A DNA stretch of 64,000 nucleotides from Pseudogymnoascus verrucosus. Its lineage: Eukaryota. The notes beneath the pieces were generated by a model. It made no database searches. It worked only from the letters and a program-made list of their open reading frames with translations, and was not told where the DNA came from. Location: the NCBI GenBank assembly GCA_001662655.1, contig KV460244.1. One strand, 5' to 3'. Positions 1 through 11,059 of this stretch are shown here, piece by piece. A program made the translations under genes and the position numbers. Position 1 is the stretch's first letter. Each line of letters opens with the position of its first letter.

Positions 1-58
1 TACTACTCGAGTAATTACTCGAGTAGTACTCGCAACGAGTAGTACTCGGGCAACACTG
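1..58. mobile_element. Probable right end of a hAT-type non-autonomous element (MITE), cut by the window edge
   Basis: Ends in GGGCAACACTG (reverse complement CAGTGTTGCCC, resembling hAT terminal repeats), preceded by TACTCGAGTA-type subterminal repeats including a perfect 28-bp palindrome at 1-28. Confidence 0.45.
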
Positions 59-269
59 ATAAAACTAGTGCCCTCTTAACAAATGACTTTCTAAACAAAT
101 GGCATTTTTAGTACCTACGTTCTAGGTTATAAGAGAAAGTTGGGCACATAATGAGATTTAGTTTAAGGATACTACTACTATTCTCTTTTATATGTTCTTC
201 CTATTTTAAACTACATGTGTGATCACCCACACGCTAGTCGCATCTTCTGCTGCTTATATATAGGGATGT

Positions 270-1445
270 TTAATAGGGAACCTCAATGACACCGTTTGCA
301 ACAGAGTTGCAGCTTGGGTCACCCATGTTACCTCCGTTGCCAAACATCAACTTCTTCTTGCCCTTCACAGTAATGATTCTCAAGCTACGCGAGTAAGCTG
401 ACCACTGGCCCACATCGACAACCTTCCATCCTTGTGGGTCAGCATTATCACTGTTAATGAAAACCGGTTCCTGAGAGCCACCGCTGGCAATAATCACGCC
501 TGAACCGTCGCTCTTTCCTGGGTTGGCAGTCCAGATGACATAAGGGGAGCCGTAGGGAACGCTGTGGTTGGTATTGTTCCCGACAAGAGCAATGCCTGTC
601 GCCGAGTTGAAGTTGAGGGGATTTGCAGCGGTCTTGTAATACACTGCACACTTTCCTGAACCACAGTACTCGTATGTCATGATGTATTGGTTTGTAGACT
701 CGATGTGCGCGACGGTGGTCATGCCGGGTCGATCATTATATGCAGAATAGGCAACGTCGTTGACTAGGGCAGACCAGGTGTGGAGATCATTGGTGGTAAC
801 GTGTACCAATTTTTGGGAATGTGCTGAGTCACGTTGATCAGAGAAGTAGCACACCAGTTGGCCGTTGTACATCATGAGGAAGGGCTCCCAGATCGCTGCA
901 TGGCCGCTGGTGATATCCTCGGGGCCATTCCCGAAGGCGATGTGACTGACAAAGTTCCAGGTTTGCGCATTGTCTTGACTGACGTAAAGGTCAATATAGA
1001 CTCCGCCTGTCAGACTAAATGGGGTGGAAACGCCTGCAGCAAGTATTGTACCAGCGGCATATCCGCCGAACGCTTGAGGCAGAGTGTATAAGAACGGTTG
1101 GAAGCGCATACCCCAGCCGTTGACCTTGTCTGTGATAGCCGAGAAGTTGGACCAGGTTGCGCCTCCATCCACTGATTTGTAGATGGGATGGGTGACCAAG
1201 GGAGGTTCTGCTGGGTAGTTCTCCCATGTCATGAGGAGAGATTCATCTGGAAGCTGGAGAGAGCGTGCATAGAGAGTCTTCCATTGCACGGCGGTGGCAG
1301 CTGGAAAGAACAGGATGTTATCGTTAAAGTCTGTAAATGCAGATGGAGTTGGGTTTGGAGTGACACAGGCCGATGTCGAGAGGATGGATGGCAGTAAAAA
1401 CAGGCCGCTGATGAGCTGGGTGTAATGCATAGTGTTTGATAGCAT
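270..1445 (-). CDS. Secreted GH93 family exo-arabinanase-like beta-propeller (BNR/Asp-box) protein
   Basis: Intronless 391-aa ORF with hydrophobic signal peptide, Asp-boxes (SVDGGATW, SQDNAQTW) and WEPF, RPGM and TYEY motifs typical of GH93. Confidence 0.85.
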   Translation of the reverse strand: MLSNTMHYTQLISGLFLLPSILSTSACVTPNPTPSAFTDFNDNILFFPAATAVQWKTLYARSLQLPDESLLMTWENYPAEPPLVTHPIYKSVDGGATWSNFSAITDKVNGWGMRFQPFLYTLPQAFGGYAAGTILAAGVSTPFSLTGGVYIDLYVSQDNAQTWNFVSHIAFGNGPEDITSGHAAIWEPFLMMYNGQLVCYFSDQRDSAHSQKLVHVTTNDLHTWSALVNDVAYSAYNDRPGMTTVAHIESTNQYIMTYEYCGSGKCAVYYKTAANPLNFNSATGIALVGNNTNHSVPYGSPYVIWTANPGKSDGSGVIIASGGSQEPVFINSDNADPQGWKVVDVGQWSAYSRSLRIITVKGKKKLMFGNGGNMGDPSCNSVANGVIEVPY

Positions 1446-2181
1446 ATAGATAGAGATGGTCGATTTTGCTTGTGGAAATGAGACTGTAGGATGCGATGAT
1501 AATAGGAAGAGCTGTCCTAAGAGAGTAGATTGTTGGACTTTAAATACTTATTCCGATGTCGAACGCTTAGTCTGAGGTCGAATTTGAGAAGGTTCGTCAA
1601 AAATAAGCAAACACTAGTCTATCCTTCCCCACGGGGAAGCTGATTGAGGGGCGGTGGTTCTGCATGCATAGTGCACGAAATGTTATTCTTGGGGAGTGTC
1701 GGTATCTCGTAACTTTGTACCCCGCAAACTAAAGAAAACCCGGGGAATTGTGGGTTTACCAGGTTAGATGTATTGGTCTTGTGGTTGTCTGTTCCTTTCC
1801 ATGGGGAAGCCGACTTAGGGGCTGCTCCGCATGCACAGTGCACAAAGGGTCCTTCTTGGGGAGCGTTGGATTTGTGGAGTAAATACTCCGCAAATCTGGA
1901 GAGATTGGGGAGGTGTGGAGAAACTCGTGTGGCTAAAACATGTAGGGGGGACTAGCCCGTACCCCGAGGTCAGCCACAAGGCATTGTGGGGGGCTTGCGG
2001 AATATCGGCAGCGAAGACATCCAATAGCATTTTGCGATAATTCCCAAGCAAGAAACCCTACGGCAAGGTGAGGCGCATTGCGGGGTAGGTGGTACACTGT
2101 GGATACGGTATATGTATGGCCGCTGTATATATGGCCCGATAATCCGCACTTCGAATTTGCGTCCTTTCGCCAAGGGTCACT

Positions 2182-3930
2182 ATGCAGCAGGAACTACCGC
2201 CCCCACAGGGTCAGATACGCTCTTCAACCAAGAGATCTGTCTCAGTTAGCAGGGCAAGTGCGGCCTATCCGAGAAAAAGAGCAGTGACAGCATGTCAAGT
2301 TTGCCGTGCTCGGCGAACCAAGTGCGATCAGAAAAAGCCCTCCTGCTCGTTTTGTACCAGCATCGGAGCGGAGTGCAACTCGGATCCTGGGTCCCTATCC
2401 GCCTTTGACCCGGCAAGCATTGAGATCATTGAGCGACTAGATAGTCTGCAACGAAAGCTCGATTCCTTTTCCCAAGTCCCACTTTTGGACTCTGTTGTGC
2501 AATTCAACGACGGAAATGGCGGAGATAAAAACGCACACCATAATAACAAACCCCTCGGAAACTTCTTACCCGGAACCCTGGATGCAGTTCTGAAATGGCC
2601 AGTTTTCGAGCACTTTACTCTGCCTGTCGTACAAACTCCTAGCCAATGCAGCCCAGCCTCACCATGTTCCTCCACACAAGCACCTTCCATTAGCGATGAG
2701 CTCCATCCAGCAGCATGCAATCAGTGGCTAGATGCCTTCTTCCGTCATGATCATTGCAAGAATCCGGTCTTGAATGAGCAGGATACTCGACGCTTAGTTC
2801 GCAAAGTCTGCCAGGAAGGCGTGGGCTGGGATGCCGAATCATGTTTGGTACTTCTTGTCTGTGCGAATGGTGCTCTGGCTCGTCCTTTGTCCAGCCCTTC
2901 CATCTCTACCGATGAAGTTGCTTCGTCGATTTCTAATGCCTTATTCACGGCATCATTAAAGCGACTTGGAACCGCGATGGGGTCTACGGGTGTTGTGCAG
3001 GCGCAATGTCTCTTTTTCGCCGGTGTTTTTCTGATGTCCACTCTACGGCCCTTCGACGCATGGCGCATGTTTCTGCAGTCACTCGCTATCTGTCAGAGTT
3101 TCACGCACTGTAATCAACCTGACTCTATTAGTGACGACAGGTCCAGGTCCACTGTAGAGGCTGAGGAAAGCATTTACTGGTCATCATGGAAGTCAGAGCG
3201 GGAGTTGAGGTGGGAATTAGGCCTCCCCGACTTTGATGAAATGGGTCTTAACACTCCACCATCCTTCCCGAGCTGTTCTGAAAGTTGCGAAGCCGACCAT
3301 CTTCGAGCCTGGTGCTTCTATTTATCTGAGATTTCACTTTGGCGATTGGAGACAGCAGCAAAGAACGAAATAAAAAGACTCGTCCTCGAGACACCAGCTC
3401 AGGTCTTTGAGGCTCTAGCTGAAAAGGCTGAAGAAAATGTTCAGCAAGTCATTGCCTGGCAAGATTCATTGCCAGGCAGTGTGAGCATTGCGGAACACGA
3501 GTTACCAACGGGAGATGACGGTGATATTCTTAGATTCATTCTCAGAGGGCGTACCACATACTTCCATGAGCTGATTTCATGGCCTTTCATCTACGCTGTG
3601 GTAAACGATGGAGAAGAGACACTACATATCAGACAATGGGCAGCAAGAGGCTTTGATTTTCATCTCAAAAGACTAAGTATCAACCGTCCAGGATTTTACC
3701 ACAGACATCATGGTACTTGGCTAATGATACGGTCTTCTGCTCGGAGTGCATGTATCTTGCTTGCGGGCGCCCAGGCTTCATCCACGTCTCAATTATTACC
3801 ACCCAACTGGCAGGAGGCTGTCGAAGCCACTATTTCGATGCTACAGTTCTGGTGCAACGATAGCGCAGGACTTTCTGTTACTGTTGATCTTTTGAACCGC
3901 CTTCTTTTAAACGTTTACGATAAACAATAA
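2182..3930 (+). CDS. Zn(II)2Cys6 fungal transcription factor
   Basis: YPRKRAVTACQVCRARRTKCDQKKPSCSFC...C zinc cluster followed by a fungal TF middle region. Confidence 0.93.
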   Translation: MQQELPPPQGQIRSSTKRSVSVSRASAAYPRKRAVTACQVCRARRTKCDQKKPSCSFCTSIGAECNSDPGSLSAFDPASIEIIERLDSLQRKLDSFSQVPLLDSVVQFNDGNGGDKNAHHNNKPLGNFLPGTLDAVLKWPVFEHFTLPVVQTPSQCSPASPCSSTQAPSISDELHPAACNQWLDAFFRHDHCKNPVLNEQDTRRLVRKVCQEGVGWDAESCLVLLVCANGALARPLSSPSISTDEVASSISNALFTASLKRLGTAMGSTGVVQAQCLFFAGVFLMSTLRPFDAWRMFLQSLAICQSFTHCNQPDSISDDRSRSTVEAEESIYWSSWKSERELRWELGLPDFDEMGLNTPPSFPSCSESCEADHLRAWCFYLSEISLWRLETAAKNEIKRLVLETPAQVFEALAEKAEENVQQVIAWQDSLPGSVSIAEHELPTGDDGDILRFILRGRTTYFHELISWPFIYAVVNDGEETLHIRQWAARGFDFHLKRLSINRPGFYHRHHGTWLMIRSSARSACILLAGAQASSTSQLLPPNWQEAVEATISMLQFWCNDSAGLSVTVDLLNRLLLNVYDKQ

Positions 3931-4373
3931 AGCCGCGCAGAAGTTTTCTTTAGGAAGATGATCTACGTACATCAAATAAGAAACAATAGTTCTCGACAAG
4001 CGGCGACCGAGTTCTTACTATTCTCCTACTGCTACTTGAGCCACATACAGCACGCTCTTTCTACGCCGAACGTGTGACTCAAACCTTCTACTGCAATTAT
4101 AATGACAGCGGACACGCGGGTCACTAGACACAATACACTCGATGGATCTAAAAAGGCGCTGGAGATCTCTCTTGGAGAGATGAAACCTAAAAGAAGTCTA
4201 TGGACACTATGTATAAGAGGGCTTGCTTAATGCGAGTGCTTGGGGCCGTATGGGTGTTGTAATAATAATCTTGTGCCTGTTATGTGCAGGTTTTCCTTCT
4301 CTGTTCTAAAACAATACCAATGTCACAACCTTATTATTCGTGTATCAACCAACGTTGCTCACCAGTTGAGTCT

Positions 4374-6626
4374 TTACAACATAGTAATCGCTCGTAGTGC
4401 CTTTGAATCGCCTGCAAAAGCCGCAACCTCGATTGTGACTTCCTTACCTGGCAATACGAATTCACCAGCCACCCACCTCTGAAGAGGTCTCACTGACACG
4501 TCCATTGTGACGTCTTTAAATTGCCCTGCATCCAAGTCTATCGGAAGAAATCCCAAGAGCACTCGAGACGGGAAGTCAGGCATCTCTGCAAGTCCATAGA
4601 CTTGAATAACATGCCTTCCGTCGCGCGGTCCGTTATTTGCGACGTTGACATGAATCTGTATTGTATCCATAATGTCGCTAGAGCCCAAAGTGCCTATGCG
4701 AAGATCGGTGATGGAGAAGGAGGTGTATGACAGTCCAAAACCCAGAGGAAATCTAGCTTCTACACCGAGCCTGTCGAGCAGGCTCTGTCCATGCCAACGG
4801 TCGTATTTGATCTCTGTCGCTTCAATGTCGAAATATGGGAGATGGCTCTCATCCTTGGGAATAGAGAAAGGCAACCTCCCACTAGCATCGGTGTGGCCAA
4901 TCAAAACATCAGCCAAACCGTGGCCACCTTCTGAACCCGCATACCAACTCATAACAGATGCAGGGACTTGGTCTATCCATTCCTCCATAATAACAGCACC
5001 CGCAGCTATTATGGACACAACCGTATATGGATTCACGGCTGTGACAGCCGTGATCAATTCAACATCGTCAGGTCGCAAACGGAGCGACCTGCGATCCCCA
5101 CCAGCCCCAACTTCAAGTGCAGAGTCCAGCTTGCCACCGCTTGTATCACCCTTTACAATCGCAAGTGTTTCTTTCTCTTCATCTGTTTCTGCCAGAGGAA
5201 ACAGGTCCAACAGGCAAATATCAGACTGTAGAGAAGGAACAACGTATTCACCCTCATCGGTCGCATTATACCCTACCACACAAATAACAAGATCGACCTT
5301 CTCAGCAAGTTCCCTTGCCCGTTCCACCGAATCTGATTCCTCGAGGATAATATCAGCGTGAGGAAATGCGGCCCTTAATCCCTCGACTGGCGTCACTACA
5401 TGAGGAGCAAAGACTTGAGAAGAACCCTTATCACCGGTATTTGGAACATTTGCTAGTCGGCCGACCACAGCGATTCTCGATATCTTCGTCGCATCGAGTG
5501 GCAGCAGAGGCTTACCATCAGCTGTAACTGGTTCATTCTTCAATAGAACGATGGATCGACCTGCTACCTCCCGAGCCAATGCCCTGTGCTCCTCGCAGAA
5601 CACGATGGAGGATTCTGGCTGACTTGCACTAGTGTTCACTGCAAACTCAAGCTGCTTCCGTAGTATTCTTGAACAGGCCACGTCTACAACCGACCAGTCA
5701 AGCTCTCCGGATTCCAGTGCTTCCGTAAGGCCCACGGCCCTCTGTTGTGTGAAAGGGGCCTCAATATCCAGACCATTTTTCAAAGAAAGTGGAGCATCTC
5801 GAAGACCGAAAATAAAGTCTGACAGAACGAACCCATCGAATTTATACTCGTGTCGTAGAATATCCGTGAGCAGAAGTCGACTTTGACCAGCCCATTCGCC
5901 ATTAACTGCGTTGTAGGAGGACATCACAGATGCCGCACCGCCCTCGATGATGCGTTTAAAATGGGGGAGATAGACTTCGTGTAGAATGTCCTCTTCGACT
6001 CTCACATCTACTCGAAAGCGAGCATTCTCCATCGAGTTTAGCGCAAAGTGCTTCACACAAGCCATGATATGTTTCTGCACACCTTGTGTAAGGGCAAGAC
6101 CGAACTCTCCTAACAGTATAGGGTCCTCGCTGTACGTCTCTTGAATTCGACCCCATGCAGGATGCCGCGGCAAATTGACACACACACCTGCAAAATAATT
6201 TGCACCCTGTGCTTTTGCTTCTAGTCCGATTGCATCGCCGATACGTCGCTCTAGATTGATGTCCCAAGTTGCACCGCGAGCCATGGGCACTGGGAAGGCG
6301 GTCGAAGCGCCCATGACAACTCCACGAGGGCCGTCTGTGAACCGGATGCCGGGGATTTCCAAGCGTGGGATTGCACCCATAACAAAAGGTACCCGGTTGT
6401 AACGGTCACGAAGGATTCCTCGTAGACCTTCGTAGAATGGCGCATCACCGTCGAGGAGATGGAGACGCTCGGTTTTGCTCAATTCCGAGAGCAGTCTTTG
6501 CGTTGTTTGAGACAAAGGCTCCCCGTTTCTATGGGCTTGAACTGCATGCTGAAATGTGTACGTCGGTGCTGCCGTTTGTCCCAAATGGGCGTCTCTGGGC
6601 AAAGTAGAGATTGTAGTTGTCAACAT
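4374..6626 (-). CDS. GH3 beta-glycosidase, intracellular, intronless
   Basis: TDGPRGV, GRIQETYSEDP, ACVKHF, SVMSSYN, LSDF, VLLKN and FPLGFGLSYT motifs plus Fn3-like C-terminus. First ATG is at 6626 (the ORF-track start is TTG). No signal peptide. Confidence 0.93.
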   Translation of the reverse strand: MLTTTISTLPRDAHLGQTAAPTYTFQHAVQAHRNGEPLSQTTQRLLSELSKTERLHLLDGDAPFYEGLRGILRDRYNRVPFVMGAIPRLEIPGIRFTDGPRGVVMGASTAFPVPMARGATWDINLERRIGDAIGLEAKAQGANYFAGVCVNLPRHPAWGRIQETYSEDPILLGEFGLALTQGVQKHIMACVKHFALNSMENARFRVDVRVEEDILHEVYLPHFKRIIEGGAASVMSSYNAVNGEWAGQSRLLLTDILRHEYKFDGFVLSDFIFGLRDAPLSLKNGLDIEAPFTQQRAVGLTEALESGELDWSVVDVACSRILRKQLEFAVNTSASQPESSIVFCEEHRALAREVAGRSIVLLKNEPVTADGKPLLPLDATKISRIAVVGRLANVPNTGDKGSSQVFAPHVVTPVEGLRAAFPHADIILEESDSVERARELAEKVDLVICVVGYNATDEGEYVVPSLQSDICLLDLFPLAETDEEKETLAIVKGDTSGGKLDSALEVGAGGDRRSLRLRPDDVELITAVTAVNPYTVVSIIAAGAVIMEEWIDQVPASVMSWYAGSEGGHGLADVLIGHTDASGRLPFSIPKDESHLPYFDIEATEIKYDRWHGQSLLDRLGVEARFPLGFGLSYTSFSITDLRIGTLGSSDIMDTIQIHVNVANNGPRDGRHVIQVYGLAEMPDFPSRVLLGFLPIDLDAGQFKDVTMDVSVRPLQRWVAGEFVLPGKEVTIEVAAFAGDSKALRAITML

Positions 6627-6916
6627 CTTGTTGTCGTCTAAGGGATGCGATCTCAATGGGCTAGGGGAATTGGTTCACGGTGAAGAACGATGGAGCAAGC
6701 TGCAAAGCAATGGTAGTAGACAAAGTCAGGATGTAAATCATATTTCAGTCTACTTTCTCAAGTGCAAGGACCATATGATGCCCACAAAAAAAGTACACTT
6801 ATAGGCAGATGCTAAACACCGAAGTCATTTTTTGAGCATCATATCGCAAAAGTACTTTGATCGGAAGGAAGAGCATTCCTTACATTTCTCCCGACATTCC
6901 CCTTGACAGTCTTGAT

Positions 6917-7005
6917 CAGCTGGGGAATATCGGCAGGGGAAGGTCAGCAAGGGAAGGCCAGCACGGGAAGGTTGGTAGGGGAAGGTCGGTAGGGGAAGGT
7001 CGGCA
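6917..7005. repeat. 14-bp tandem repeat, about 6 copies, consensus CRGYAGGGGAAGGT, in the GH3/MFS divergent promoter
   Basis: Units: cagctggggaatat / cggcaggggaaggt / cagcaagggaaggc / cagcacgggaaggt / tggtaggggaaggt / cggtaggggaaggt / cggca. Confidence 0.9.
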
Positions 7006-7527
7006 ACAGAAGACTAATAGTTCTAGAGAGACTGTTAGATCTTGCGTGTGCGCTAAATGAACACCATTTGCTACCAAACTTCGTACATCATTATTGTCCA
7101 CTTATTACGGCTCCACTAACTTAGAGAGTACGCTAGCCGCGAAGTATCGGCAACAACAGACAAAAAATACGAGATAGTCCTGCTAGCGCAGCACTTCTAC
7201 AACTTAGCATCCGTCTTGGTGTTGGTCCATGCTTATTTCAAGAACGCCCACCTAATAATGCACCACTATGTAATTCAGCTTGTCGTTATCCTTGCCATAT
7301 AAGTGCTAGAAAATTGCACTACCGTATTAGACTGGATCCATTATTCTGCCAAGCTAAGGAACGCGAGCCGTTGTGGGGACTGGGGACCCCACAAGATGCT
7401 GTGCTGTACTGAAGGTCTCCAGGCGACTAACTCGCCCTCCTGGCATGCTATATAACTCACGGCATCGTCTCGAGACTTTTGTACTCAGTTTCCTCAACAT
7501 ACGCAGGTTGCCAACACGTCTCGTAAC

Positions 7528-9250
7528 ATGGCCATCAATCCTAGGACTTACCAAGTAGGCTGTCCTGTGCATCTTACCTTTGCATATGCTAACACTACTA
7601 AACAGTTTCTGGTTGGAGTTTTTGCCTCATTCGGCTCGTTCCTCTTTGGGTACACATCTCCATACAAATTTTCAAAATTCGACTTCTAAGCTCGTGCAGA
7701 TATGATCTCGGTGTCATCGGTGGCGTCGTCGCTGCTAAATCTTTTGAGTCTACCTTTAAAAGTCCAAGCCCAAATGAGACGTACGTCCACATCATATCTA
7801 GTTCGTGATGGTAGCTAATTCTATTCAGTGGCGCTATAGTCTCCGTTTTTACCGGCGGTGCCTTCGTTGGTGCTGCTGTTGCCGGACCTTTGGGTGATTG
7901 GTTTGGTCGCAGACTCACCATCATGACGGGTGCTATTGTCTTTTGCCTAGGTGGCGGCCTTCAGACGGCTGCTCAGAACCTTGGGTTTTTATACTCTGGA
8001 AGACTTATTGCGGGAGTAGGCGTTGGGGTCATGGTTATGATCATTCCACTGTACCAAGCCGAGATTGCTCACCCTTCTATTCGTGGACGTATCACCGGTC
8101 TCCAACAGTTTATGTTAGCCATCGGAGCCACTGTCGCTGGTAAGTATCTTTATTCTTAGAATAACTTAACGATGCTGACCTTTCCATAGCTTGGACTACG
8201 TATGGCACCAATCTCCACCTTGGCCCTACTGACAACAACCAATGGCGCATTCCTCTTGGAATCCAGATTGTTCCTGCTGGAGTACTGGCCATCCTTATTC
8301 TGCTCTTCCCTGAATCTCCTAGATGGCTCATCGATCACGGCAAGTCGGACCAAGGCTTGAAAACTCTAGCTCAGCTGCACGCTAGTGGCAACGTCCAGGA
8401 CGCCTGGGTCCGATCCGAATACGAGCAGATTGAAGTCGCTATTGCTCACGAGCATGAAAACTCTGCTAAGGGGTATCGTGATTTGTTTACAAACAAGTCG
8501 AGCTTCCGACGTCTCGTTCTCGTCACCGCACTCCAAGCATCTGTACAGATGACAGGTGTTTCAGCAATTCAGTACTTCTCTCCTCAAATTTACGCCACCT
8601 TGAAAATCCCCACGCAAGATGCCTTGAAGTACCAAGGTGTTAGTAATATTCTATCTACTCTTGCAATTCTTTGCACTATTCTCTTCATAGACCGACTTGG
8701 CCGCCGCTGGCCCTTGATCATTGGCAACCTAATTAATTGCCTCTGTTTCATCATCGTCACAGCTGCAATTGCATCTTTTCCAAACGCATCGCCATCGGCT
8801 CAACATTCTTTGGGCTGGGCTTTCATTGCGACAAACTGGATGTACCAGATATCGTTCTCGTTTACATGTGGTTCTCTATCGTGGATTATTCCTGCAGAGA
8901 TCTTCGACACTAAGACCAGGTCTAAGGGTGTCTCCATCGGCGCGATGGTCTCATTCGCCTTCAACACGATGATTGGACAAGTTACCAGCCCGGCTATTGA
9001 CAGCATTAACTGGCGCTACTTTTTAGTGTTTGTTGTATGCAACTTTACCAATGCCGTCTTCTTCTGGGCGTTTATGCCCGAGACCGCGAAACGCCCACTC
9101 GAGGAGATGAATACCCTGTTTAGTGGCTCGTCATGGTTTGTTCCGACAATGCGGAGGGAGGACTTCGAGACCCATGATCTAGAACATAGGCTGGCAGAGA
9201 TAAAAGAGAAGGAGAAGGCAGTAACTGTTGAGGATTCCGCGGATTTCTAA
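7528..9250 (+). CDS. MFS sugar porter (multi-exon)
   Basis: Spliced reading MAINPRTYQ|FLVGVFASFGSFLFG|YDLGVIGG...DWFGRR...YQAEIAHPSIRGR...PESPRWL...IDRLGRR...PET, with canonical GT-AG introns and branch points. Confidence 0.92.
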
Positions 9251-9717
9251 AGCACTATGATGAATTTAACAACGTATAACTTAGTTATAACATCCGTATT
9301 TTATAACACATCAAACTAGCACTACTAATAGTTTAATGTATACCGGTCTATATTCACTAGCTTTAATAATCTAGGCTTTAGTAGGCCTACTCACGCCTAA
9401 TAAAAGACTACATATGCTCTCATTCCTACCTATCTAGACTAAATAACCTTTAGTTAGAAGGGGAGTCTGCGATGTCGTTTGCTTAGTATTCGGACACTAG
9501 TGTTAGGACTCTAAATGAGGGTGTGACAACGGACGCTAAACACTATGTCGTATTCACCTGGACCACCCAATGGAAGGGCGATCCGTGCCGAGTACGCGAT
9601 TCTTGATTGAGCATGGTCAATAACGTCTCGACGACTTCCAATACGCCTCTTCTTTCGACATGGTTTAATCACAGTTAGCTCCCCAAATCAACTGCAGACA
9701 CAGATAGGTTATATAGC

Positions 9718-10690
9718 ATGTTGGTCGTCCCTACCTATGTACCTCCTCCCATCTTTGAATTTCCCACCAGGGTTTCACTACTAGAAGTCCGCGCCTCGAA
9801 TTCCCTCGCTGCGTCTACCTTGCCTCCAGGGCTCGTGGCCATCTTCGCTGGTGCAACCAGCGGCATTGCTGAGGCAACGCTAAAGCAATTTGCAAAGCAC
9901 ATTGTGAGACCGCGCATCTACTATATCGGCGAGTTCGAGGAAGCCAGTGACCGTGTAGCCAAAGATCTGAAGAAGATTAATCCGGAGGATGAGTACATCT
10001 TCGTCAAGGCGGACCTCATTACAGTCAAAACGGTGGATGAAGCCTGTAAAAATATTAAGGCTAAGGGGGAGACTCTCAATCTCCTCTTTTTGACTATGGG
10101 AGTGGGAGACTCATATCAAGAATATACAACAGCAATAACTCCTCACACCCGCGCCTGCTTTTTTCTGCACCTCCTCCCTCTTCTCCAAAAAACACAATCC
10201 TTCCGTCGCGTCGTCACCGTTTTCTATGACACCGAAAAGGACAACATCGCCGTCTCTGATATCCGGGGCCGCAACAACCCCCTCCGCCGCCATGCAGCCA
10301 CATTCATGACGCTCCCTCTTGCCACAGCTATGGTCCCAGGCGTTTATTCGTCAACTGTTTTTCGGATCGTCTGAGGAGGAAAACCAAACCCAAAGCTACG
10401 GGGCTTTTGAGAGTTAAGAGGGTTATTGATCTTTTGCTCTATAAGCCAACGGGCAGCCAGGCGCATGCTATTTGTTTACTGCTACAAGCGCGAGGTATCT
10501 TGCTGGCGTGAAGGACGAGATGGCAGGCGTGCCAGTAAGTTCAGATGAAGCGGAGACTGATAGGGATGTGGCAACCGGGGTGTATTCTATCCAATTAAAT
10601 GCAGAAGCCGAGAGGGCCAAGATGAGAAGGGCTTAGTTGTGGGCAAGGTATAAGAAAGGTGTGTTTCGAAATCAACCGCGACATGGGGGA
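9718..10690 (+). pseudogene. Degenerate short-chain dehydrogenase/reductase
   Basis: VAIFAGATSGIA Rossmann motif. The family-typical start MVSLxEVRASN reads AGG instead of ATG at 9769. The ORF stops at 10374 while the C-terminal family-like segment YLFTATSARY...GVYSI lies in another frame from 10469. Confidence 0.7.
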
Positions 10691-11059
10691 GTACGATTTC
10701 GGTATTCTCCTCCGACAGATCTGGGAGTCTAAGATCTCGCCTACAAACCACATTTTCTACTATATACATTCATGTAGACAATCCAACCTCATTCGTAGTT
10801 TAATAGACTGGGTATTCATTCTACAATTCGCATCACTTATAGTCCATGTAATCGAAAAAAAAGTAGTAGGTCTGGGTGAATAATAATTTTTTGCATAATC
10901 ACTGTGTCAGTATCTAACTTTCCACATTCCGCCAGCTCCACTGTGCTCCATAGACGGCAATCGCAGGTGGATTATCGGAGGCACATTCACGAGAACGATG
11001 TTCATATGTAGCTTCTGTGCCAAATAGAAGATCACGTTATTGCCCTGTTCTCTACAGAT

